The notes under the pieces were generated by a model that worked only from the letters and a program-made list of their open reading frames with translations, was not told the origin of the DNA and did no database searches. Positions 27,048 through 38,700 of a stretch of DNA of 64,000 nucleotides are shown one piece after another (position 1 is the stretch's first letter; each line of letters opens with the position of its first letter). The stretch lies in contig OZ231126.1 of assembly GCA_965153355.1 (NCBI GenBank), positions 40,982,001 through 41,046,000 on the forward strand. The letters run 5' to 3'. Origin of the DNA: Flaccisagitta enflata (lineage: Eukaryota). The position numbers and the translations under genes are program-made.

Positions 27048-28298
27048 TTGTCCTAACACTCTTGCTCAATAAGTTTGTTATCAAACAGCATCATTTTTGC
27101 TGCTCTTTCATATGAATGAATGAATGAATCAATCAATGAATTAATGAATAAATGAATGAATCAATGAATGAATGAATCAATTGATGAATGAATGAATGAA
27201 TGAATGAACAAACAAACAAACTAACAAACAAACAAACAAATGAACAAACAAATGAACAAACAAATGAACAAACAAATGAACAAACTAATGAATGAAGTGA
27301 TGACTAACCATAAAGAAAATGCAAGGATGAATCAAAAATCTGATATGGTCATCATTGGTATGGAAGATAATGTCATGAGGATTGAACGAATGAAAGATTT
27401 GATTGATGGATTCAAAGATGAATGAATAGTAAAACATATGATTGAATTTAAGATAAATTGATGAATGATACATAAGAGAGATTTTGGTGCTATGGTACGA
27501 ATGAAAAAAAAGTAGTCTTTTCTTGATTAGGTTGAGAAAACAAATCATGGAAATTTGCATAAATGAATAAATTTATGTGGGATAAATTGACACTTACGCA
27601 GTATCGATCATTGATGAAATTACAATTATTGAAAACTTCTGTGATTTCCCCCCCCCCCCGTCCATACTTTTATGAAATATCAGTTTTTAGTAATATTTAG
27701 CTTAAAAATCAATATTTTGCATCAATTCTTTTTGCAATGTCCTCAGTAAACAATGCCTATCGATAATCAAAAGTCGATTAGCTTCAAGTCAATGATCCAT
27801 TTTTTGACCCATTTGGCTGGAATCTGCCTGGCTTTTCTTGCTCTGCGTCATACAGAGTAACACAGATTTGGAATCACAAGAACTCAGATTTATTGAGTGT
27901 AAGTCGAACGAGAAAGGTTGGTCTAAGACGGGCAAAAAGAGGGCATGGAGAGGGCATGGAGAGGGCATGGAGGCAGGGAAATCAGTGCCAACGCGAGGGC
28001 ATTTAGGGAAAGGAGAGCACTGAAGAGCTGATGGTCTTGGAAATGATCATTTCATCTTTGGATGACGTTGAAATTAAGAACTCCTGGCATAATCATTGCA
28101 CGGATTGCCTTTCAAATAAAATGCGTTTAAGTCAAAATTATAAGTTTTGATTGAGCAAAAACAAAATAGCCGCAAGTAAGGACTGTTGTTTTGGGTCGAA
28201 GGAACAATTCCTTTTTGGAATAGTTTTTTTTTTAAATTGATGACATCCGAGTTGCATTCACAAAATGCAAAACTACCTCACGCTCCACGTGCGACAAC

Positions 28299-29320
28299 TC
28301 AGGAAGGAAACCACTTGCAACAGCGAGAAATGGCCTTGACCCAAATGCGGTACGTTGCCATAATTTTGTCCCTTTCTTGCGTGGATCGTGGAATGAATAC
28401 AGCTTTTGTCTTGCGCAACTGGCTCACTTCTTCGGTATCCTAGGGACGAAAATGGAGACCTAAACGTTACTTATGGGCGTTACGTAGTGCGACTGGGCGG
28501 TCGGACCAGTTTATATACGTAGATGCAATGACACGACAAATTTCCACGGAAGAAAGGAAAGAGGTCAACACATAAGGGACACCATAGAGGGGACAGAGTG
28601 AGAAAGCAAAATAAGGTTGAACAAAAATCAGTGATAGAACTGCTATGAGCTTTACCACCTTCATCCGTCTTCGTTACCTTCCAGACGCCGGCGGCGATTC
28701 CAGCGAGAAATGCGGCGCCAAGAGCCGACGAGTCGCAGTCGTCGGGGAAGTCGAGCGAGAGTCCCGTCAAGTCGGCGACCAGTTGCATCACAAATCGATT
28801 CCGCGACACGCCGCCGTCGACACGGATCAACCGCAGTCTGAATCAAAGAATGAAAGCTGTAGATCTTTTTTACTTTTTCTCCTTTACCTCTTTTGTTCTT
28901 TTGGTTTTTTGTTTGTTTGTTCTTTTGTTCTTTTGTTCGTTTGTTCTTTTGTTCGTTTGTTCTTTTGTTCGTTTGTTCATTTGTCCTTTTTTCTTTTGTT
29001 TTTTCTTTTGTTATTTTGTTTTTTCTCCTTTTGTGTTTCATTCTTTTTATCTTTTCTTGTTTTGTTTTTCTTTCTTTTCTTTTGTTCGTTCTTTCTTGTT
29101 CTTTCTTCATCTATTCTTCACTTCTTTTGTTTTTTTTCTTCTCCTTTTGCTATTCTTTTTTTCTTCCATTCTCTTTCGTTCTTTTGTTTTTATTTCTGTT
29201 CTTTTGTTAGTTCTTTGTTCTATTGTTTTACGTTCTTTTGCTCTATGTTCTTTCGTTCTATGTCTTTCTTTCCATGTCTTTCATAGTCTGTATGTGTCTG
29301 TCTGTCTGTCGGTCTGTCTA

Positions 29321-29414
<94 letters not shown>

Positions 29415-32400
29415 TGTCATTTCTGTCCTATTATCTTTCCTTTTTCTAGAAGCGTTCTTACTGCGACGTATCGACGGCTGGATCAGAAGTGGCCAAAGAG
29501 TATATGTGGTACATTCTAAAGGCGAGGGACTCTAGCAGAGCGCGGACGATTTGCGCTTTGGTGGTGGTGGCTGTGATCCCGATGATTCCGGTGCAAGCGT
29601 CATCGTCATTGATTGGAGCCTACAGATTGGGGAGAGGGGCGGGGAAGAAAATGCATTGAGGATGGACTTTTTTGAGAACAGGTATTGGAGTTGTCTAAGT
29701 GGGTCGGTACAAAGAAGGCAAGTTGTTAGATAGGCAAATTGTAGAAAATCACAAGAATATTGAAATGAGATTTAGAAGTTAAACCAACCCCGGCCCCTTC
29801 GTGATGGAAAAGCAACGCTGAGTTTCTGTCATAATCTCAGTGTCTCAACCTTGGATACGCTTTACCAGCAAACAGCATGACTGGATTTCTCTCAGAATAG
29901 TTAGCCATCAGACTTTATTTCCTCACTTGAATGCCGCTGAATGCGGGAATGAAGCAGATGCCTCCGGAATCTGCGGCCGAGTTGGCGATCATCTCCGATT
30001 CTTCGGGCGAATCGAAGAATCCTGCCGAGATGCCCCACAGAATCGTCGTGCCAGTGTCCATCGAACATCCCTCGGCCGAGTAACAAATCAACTCCTTGAT
30101 CTTCCAACCTGGATGTGAAATACAACCGAGAAGTGGATATGGCAGGGGGGTGGGTAGTTCAATTATCTAGATCTTAGACGTTTCAATGCTTTACAGTTTG
30201 TTAGATTAGAAACCATGAATCCGATTCTTCTGAAATCGGAATGATTATTGACATGTTCGGTGACATGGTAGCAAAATGTTTGGATAGCCTTTTTGGGCCA
30301 TTGGCTACCCTCCTCCTACTCTCAACCCGAAAATCGTTCTTACCAATGATAGGATAGAGTCCGGCAATGGTGGCTAAGGGTTGTAAGGCGGTGTTGACGT
30401 TGCAGAAGGTGCCGGTGCCAAAAGTGGCTTTCACGTCACCTTTGTGAAATCCGCATTGACCAAACATGGCCGCCTGCTGATCACCGACAGCGGCGTTGAC
30501 GGGAATGGCAGCGCCAAAGACTTGGGCGTCCGTGTGGCAAAAGGGTCCCGTCGTATCGCGCACTTCCGGCCAAATGTGGTGAGGCAAGCCTACTAACGTC
30601 ATCATGATCCAACTAAAACGACCAAAAGGATCCATGGTGAGAATTTCTTAACTTTCACTAGGCAATTCTAGTTCCTTCAACGCTCATTTAAAATTGAATA
30701 CCTATAGTCAAGGATGAAAGGGTCGTACAATCCTGTGGCAGAAGCGCAGGAATAATCAGTGGCGTGGACCCTTCCTCTGACAATTTCCACAGTAACCAGG
30801 TCTCGATGCAACCGAATTTCACTTTTTGATCCCTGAGAATTGACTCAAGATGGGAAATGGCATTTCTTTGTTACTTCATATCAACTAGACCATGACCGAT
30901 CGATGTTTACGCTTATGGGCGACTATAAACATGAAGCTTGGTTAGTCCAAAGGCAGTGACCTAATCTGAAAGCAATGACCTAATTTCTTACTTCTAAGCA
31001 ATGACCTTATTTCTAATTCCTAGCAATAACCTAATTTCTTACTTTTAAAGTATGCTTTCCAGCTTTGGCAAATGGGAATAGCAATACCTGATTCGGTCAC
31101 GAAGCCGTTGATTGTTGTCGATCATCCATCTCAGTCTAACTCCGACTTGGGCCAACGAAAACTCCATATTGGACGCCAAAAGGAACTTTTTGACGCGGGA
31201 TATTTGAAACAAAGCAAAGGCCACCCAGTGGTATGCCTGCAACGCCATCAGTCTCAATCGTTTAATCACAGTTAAACCCCGCTCTTACGGACCCGCCACT
31301 AACGAAATTCCAGTCTCACTGTTTATTTCCTTTTTGGCTATAATAGATTTTCACCTATAGGTCACCTATAGGTCACCTATAGGTCACCTATAGGTCACCT
31401 ATAGGTCCTACAACAAATAATTCAGGGGTGTATATTATTGAGTCGCTTTTGATTCCCCCCCCCCTTTGATTTTCTTCCCTGCGTCGCATGTTTATATCCA
31501 TGATTTTCTTCTCCATATAGCAATGAAACTATGTAGTTAAGGTTTAAATAGCGTTAAATTGTGTTTTACTAATTGAGTTTTATGATTTGGTACTGTCAAA
31601 AGTTATATTTTCCCCAAATTTCCTTTTTTTCTCTTTTTTTCCCCTTTTGATTTCCCTCCCCATCTCCAGACCCTTTTATTTCCCTCCCCCCCCCCCACCG
31701 ATATAAATTGACTTACTCTGCCGACATAACATCATTTAAAATGTCCACGCAACCTTGAACAAGTTCACCTTGAGCGAAAGAGAGCGATTCCAGTCCTTGA
31801 CGTATTGAATGGCTCTTTGGTCATTGCATACGATGAGATTGTGGAATGGTTCCCCAGTTTCCGAGTCCCAAGTCGTGAAAGTGTTCCGCTGAGTAGAAAT
31901 ACCGATGGAGGTAATTTCAGTCGCGCTAACCTGTGTTTAGGGTTAGAGGTAAGATGCTATCGTCGAAACAATCAGTCAATCAACTGAACACTAGATGATA
32001 ACATTCGGTATGCAAGCTAGTAGGCTTTAATAATTGCCCAAATAAGTCAGTTTTAGAATGTATTTATCATAAATTTTATGTTCAAATGTGCCAGATGGCT
32101 AAGAGTAATTGTGTGGGCGTGGGCATTTTTTATTTCGTAATGGGGCGAAATGAAAGATCAAAAGTTATCAATCAAATCATCTTAGTTGCTTAGTCGACCT
32201 GGGCATTCGACAAGGCGTTCCTGTAGCAAGTTTGGAACTGACGCCAAAGTTGCTCGGGATCGATTTCAACTCGACTGGGCTCGGGTCGCAGGATGACGAT
32301 TGGTTCCGAATGACGACCCAAAATATGACCTTTGCTGTTGTAAATCAAACACTTCATCAGCGTCGTGCCTTTTGGATTATGGAAGAACAAAATCAGGCAT

Positions 32401-32725
32401 TAAATACTAAATACCTTGTATTTCCTGCATTTATCGCCCCCCTCTAAGTAGCGCTCCCCCCCTTTCTAGAAAAAGAGCTCATGACAAAATTTTTCATTTG
32501 AAAAAGTCTAATTGTAAATAGTTCTTTTTTGCTAAAAACACAAGAATGATATACCAATAAAGGCGGCTCTCGCCGACCGGAAAAAAGTCATAAATGGGAG
32601 TCTCCTTTTCAGTGCATGTTCTTCTGTGTGCATCTCATGATGTCTGGTTGACTCCTGCCTGGTTTTGTCATTCAATCTGTCTCTCTGTGTCTCTTTTTTG
32701 GTATTCCTTTGTCTTTGAGTGTGTT

Positions 32726-32759
<34 letters not shown>

Positions 32760-35700
32760 TGTGTGTACACTCATAAAAAAAAGGACGATATACAATAAAT
32801 AAATATCGTCGTTGTTGTATAGCAACGGACGTTATTGTATTTCAGCAATACAACGAATTGTACAGCAAATACAACGAATTGTACAGCAAAAACAAAAATT
32901 GGATAGCAAAAACAAAAATTGTACTGATTCCCCCGAAAAAATGCAAAAAAACAAAAAATGTATCGGGAAGATGGCCGTCTCTTTGCTGTACAATTATTGA
33001 AATAAAAATACAATTATTAAAAAATTTGGACTCTGCCAAAAAAAGGCAATTTTCGAGTCCATGGACAGTATAATTTTTGTATTTAACAGACTCTAAACTT
33101 TTTCGGCCATCGCGAAAAAAAATTAGAGTCAAAAAACGGTTTAATAATTGTATTTACGAGACTCTAAAATTTTTCGGCCCTCGAAAACAGAAAGTTAAAG
33201 TCCAGGAACAGTATAATTATTGTAATTACAGACTCTAAAATTTTCCAGACCACGAAAAAAAAAATTAGAGTCCATGAACAATATAATTTTTGTATTCAGG
33301 GGACTCTAACTTTTTCACGCGAAACGAAAAAAAACCCAGATTTTCTTAAAGTTTCAAGCTTGTTCAAAAATTGTATTTTGCGCAGAAATAGAGTCCGAAT
33401 TTGTTCTTTTGTTTCACGCAATGCTGCAATGAAAGCAAGAAGACATCTGTGATTGTGAAGGATGATATTGCGCCTTTGTTCAGCCTCACTCGGGATCGCA
33501 GATTCAGAAAAGAAAAAAGAGGAAGAGGAAGAGGAAGAGGATGAGGATGAGGAAGAGGATGATTATCGAAGTTTAATAAAAAAAATCATTATACGCTTTG
33601 ACGCGCGCGGGGGAGAGGCTGCTGAAAATAAAAAAAAAAAAAAAAAAATACGAGACTCATAATGTTACACCCATTTTACCGGTGCTTTCACTACCCGTCT
33701 TTTTGAGTCTTTTTTGTGGGTTTTCTCACGTTTTTCTCATCTCTTCAGCTGGACCGTCACGAAGGAACGAATAACAAAGTCGTCACGAAGCTTTGGTTTA
33801 GCGAAACATGGCCCAACAACATCGAGTGAAGAGGAGCCTCTGACTTGGCCTCATTGCACTGTGTTCTAAGAGTGACTCAAAATTGGGCAAAAATTATCTG
33901 ATGGATTTATTATATTATAATACTTTAAACTAATAAATAATAAATGAGAAATGTTATTTTTTTTCTTTTTTTTGTCATTTTTGTCATTTTTGTGAATTTT
34001 GTCAACTTTGTCAACTTTGTCAACTTTGTCAACTTTGTCAACTTTGTCAACTTTGTCAACTTTGTCAATTTTGTCAATTTTGTCAATTTTGTCACTTTTG
34101 TCACTTTTGTCACTTTTGTCACTTTTGTCACTTTTGTCACTTTTGTCACTTATGTTTTTTTTTTTCATTTTTGTCATTTTTGTCACTTTTGTCACTTTTG
34201 TCACTTTTTTCACTTTTTTCACTTTTGTCATCATAGTCATCATAGTTATCATAGTCATCATAGTCATCATAGTCATCATAGTCATCATAGTCATCATAGT
34301 CATTCTAGTCATTCTAATCATTCTAGTAATTTTAATGATTTTAATTATTTTCTATTGACAATAATGAAAAGAATGACAAAAAATGACAAAAATAATATTT
34401 TTCATATATTCTTTATAATTTTGCAGTGTTATAACATGAGATATCCATCAGATGATTTTTGTCCAATTTTGAGTCGCTCTCAGAACACAGTGCATTGTAA
34501 GAAGCTCGACTGCCGCCGCCGAGGACGCCACTTTGAACGTCTCTCGACGCCACAGTTGAGAACCAATTTTTATCAAACGCAAGGAGGAAGTACTTCAGAC
34601 CATAGACTAACACTATCTCTCACGGCATCATCCAACTCGACCGCCAAGGGCCTCATTTACGTCTTCAAAAATCGCCGAAGTTCGAGCGCCGCCGCCTACG
34701 CCTTCAATCGACTCTCGAGCGGCCAATTCCACTCCAATCGTCGTCAAACGCGGGAAAAACGTTCATCAGGGTCAACTCTACGATTATCTTGTCCGCCATG
34801 CTGAGTTTCTATCGTCAAGTGCCTCGTTGACGCGACTAAAAGTCGTCAAACCGACAATAATTCTCCCAACCCACAGACCCCCCCGGGGTGAATGCTGAGT
34901 GTCCAGCAAAGTAACCCTGGGGCCGATGCTTCGAGTTCAACAGTGGCCGAATTCAACAACTCCAAGGAGCCCAAGACTTGGCCTGGCAACAGAAGCCGTC
35001 GAGGGCAAACACTGATCCCGCCCACAGCCTTGGAGATAGGCCATAAAGGGGGTTTGGTGCACAAGCCACCACCCCACCCATAGGGTGAGCCGAACAGACA
35101 GTTCTAAGCAGACAAACTTATTACTTTCACCCCTTCTACACTCGAACTCTACTTAACAAAAGTGCATCAATTTACACTATTGCAATTTATTTCCTTACAT
35201 GTCCACGACTTCGGGGGCCTCAACGAGGCACTGGCGCATCGACAATCGACTTCAGCTCGCGTCCACAGACTCCACGGGTCCGTCACTAGCAGCCGAGATC
35301 AACAGATTCGATCCGCCATCAACCCAACACCTCGTTGACGATCTGCAGTTCGCCAAAGTTACCAAAGATCAATTGGGGTACTTCGAAGCGGATGCAACTT
35401 TGACGATGCGCTGCGGCCAAACGCGTGAAGCAATTTTGACAATTTTTTGCATGAAGATCCCCAAGGACCTCCTCTACGACTTCCAACCGTCAGCAGCCCA
35501 TTCTTTCATTGATTTGGGTCCCCGCTTCGCGAATCCGTGGAGGGCCTACGGAGCTCTGGCGGAAAACAACTTACCATTATATCATCAACTTCAACGCGAG
35601 TGGTAGCCCAAACCCCTCGATGGATTTGGCTATAAATCGCTGTGGAGCTCCCCCTTGATGTGTTCTTTCAAACGTAACTCTGAGTTCCCGCCCGAATCCA

Positions 35701-38700
35701 TGAGAACCGGGTGTCGCCTTCGAATCCGTTTCCGATTGCATCACTCACTGCAGACTCTTGAAGGATCCGTCAATATCTCGTCGTTTGCATTGTGCATCTT
35801 TGACAAGCCACTGCGCCTCAACCAGTTGAAGCAACATCGTAAAAACGAATACAGAGGTGCACCAACAGTTGCTGAACAACATCAAACTGTCATTTCCCGT
35901 CCGACTCATCGCAATCGAGTTGTCCCTCAAAACACTCAAAAACGCCTTCAACTGAAGCACTTGACGAGGCGCTGCAGCCAAACCACTTGGAGAAGTGCCC
36001 TAAGACTAAGCAGGCGTCTACATCAACTAAAGGGCTAACAAACGCGACCATCCGCGACCCTCTAGCCCCTCCCGTTCTCGAGCAGTGCTTCGACAAAACT
36101 GAAAATGTCACCAAAACGCCTAAATCTGAACCGCACAGTGGATCACAACAGGGAAAAATGGCGAAAAAACCTATCTCCAGCTCTTAAAAGAGTTCGGAGG
36201 ATTCGAAGATCATTGATAGGCTCTCCTGCTGAATCTGCCTACGCTATTTTTGAGAACGTCGCTCCAACCGTTTCGAGATACAGAGCGTCAAAGCAAAAAA
36301 TCTTCACAGCGCCGAAAACGGATTTTTGCCATATTCAGAAAAACCTCAATTTCTCCGTGACAAAGGATGCGAGCGAAAATTCTCAATTGACAGTTAGTGC
36401 CGTGAAGTCAATGTGAGGTCCCCAAGCATGAGAAATTTACCGTTTTGAAATAAAGTGATGAAATTGCAAATAAAAAAATTTCAATTTCAAAGAAAAACTT
36501 AGATTTCTTATGAAGAATGTCGGAGTTCTGAAAAATTGCATGTTGACAGTTTATGCCGTGCCAAAGCTAACGGTGATGTCCGTGTCTACGAGAAATCTAC
36601 CGTTTCAGCGCCAGAGACCGGCAAAGTTCTAAACCCAAAAATTTCCGAACTTCAAGCCGTAATCAACGCAGTTGACCATTATGATATTGATATGAAGAAT
36701 TAGCATATAAACAGGCACTTGATCCAGATTTTAGGCAACTTTCAACGCCAGGACTGGTTTACAGTTCAGGAAAATCCTACTCGGTGATTCATACAACTAC
36801 GTTGATGTCTCAAAACAGTCCCGCTAAACCGTTTGTTCCGCTCAATTTTTGAAGGAAGATATTTGACGTCATTGAAAATTTTAGCGAGAAGACAGTTTAG
36901 CGAGGAAAAATTTTAATAAGAAAAAATTTTAGCAAGAAACGGTTCAAATGAACAAAATTTAACCAGAAAAAATTTTAACGAAAAAATTTTAACGAAAAAA
37001 AGTTTTAACAAGAAAAAAATTTAGCAGAAAAAATTTTGCGAAAAAAATTTAGTTTATAAGATTTAGCAAGAAAAAATTTTAGCGAGAAATATTTTAGCAA
37101 AAAAATTGATTCAAAAAAATTTTAACAAGCAAAAATGTTGATAAAAAAAATCTTAGCAGAAAAAATTTCAAAATCGACGTTTTTCGTTATAATTTTTTTG
37201 CTAAAATTTTTTCTTATCAAAATTTTTCATCGCTAAAATTTCTTCTCGCTTAAATTTTCAATAACGTCAAATATCTTCCTTCGAAAATTGAGTGGAACAA
37301 ACGGTCTAGCGGGACTGTTTGAGTCATCGACAAAGATGTACGAATCACCGAGTGGGATTTTCCTGAACTGTAAACCAGTCCTGGCGTCATTTAAAGTTGC
37401 CTAAAATCTGGATCAAGTGCCTGTTGATGTGCCAATTCTTCATATCAATATCATAATGGTTAACTGCGTTGATTACGGCTTGAAGTTCGGAAATTTTTGG
37501 GTTTAGAACTTTGCCGGTCTCTGGCGCTGAAACGGTAGATTTCTCGTGGACACGAACATCACCGTTAGCTTCGGCACGGCATAACATATCAATATGCAAT
37601 TTTTTAGAGCTCCGACATTTTTTGTCACCAAAGAAATCTAAGTTTTTCTTTTGAAATTCGGAAATTTTTATTGGCAACTTTCAGTCTTTATCTCCAAACG
37701 ATAAATTTCTCATGCTTGGGGACCTCGCCATTGACTTCGACACGGCACAAACTGTCAAATTGAGAATTTTCAGTGCTCAGGCATCCTTTGTCACGGAGAA
37801 ATTGAGGTTTTTCTGAATTTGTGCTTAAAAATCCGGTTTTCGGCGCGCTGTGCTGAAGATTTTTGGCTTTGGCGCTCTGTATTTTTGAAACGGTTGGAGC
37901 GACGTTCTCGAAAATAGCGTAGGCAGATTCAGCAGGTCGAGATCTATCAAATTGATCTTCTTTGGAATCCTCTGAACTCTTCTAAGAGCCGGAGGTAGGT
38001 TTTTTCGCCATTTTTCCCTGTTGTGATCCACTGTGCGGTTCAGATTTGGGCGTTTTGGTGACATTTTCGGTTTTGTCGAAGCACTGCTCGAGAACGGGAG
38101 GGGCTAGAGGGTCGCGGATGGTCGCGTTTGTTAGCCCTTTAGTTGATGTAGACGCCTGCTTAGTCTTGGGGCCTTTCTCCAAGTGGTTTGGCTGCAGCGC
38201 CTCGTCAAGTGCTTCAGTTGAAGGCGTTTTTGAGTGTTTTGAGGGACAACTCGAATTTGGCTGGCCTAAACTCTTTGAAATGGGCCTTTTTACCGTGGCA
38301 TCGTGTGCATCAGTTGTTGCTGCAATGACATGCTGATTTTTGAGAGGCTGGGATGCTGCTGGCGTCGACGAGGCACTTGAGAAGCTTGTTGAAGGATCCT
38401 CATCGAAATAGACATCAAAATCAGCCAATTCTCTTTTTATATCAGCAAACATTTTTCTCTGCTTCTCTTGAATGTTGTGAGTCCGACATTGAACAACAAT
38501 TTGTGGTAATTCTCACCATTTCCATCCTTCTGATTCGTGGGGGCCCTTGAGGGCGACGTCGACGAGCAGCTGCAGCGATTCCGCATCCTCAACGCCGCCA
38601 ACAACGTCGCCAACAGCGTCCACGACGTCCACAACGCCCCCAACAACATTCCAACATCCTCAACGTCGCCAAGACAAAGAAAAGGAGTCCCCAGTCTTGG

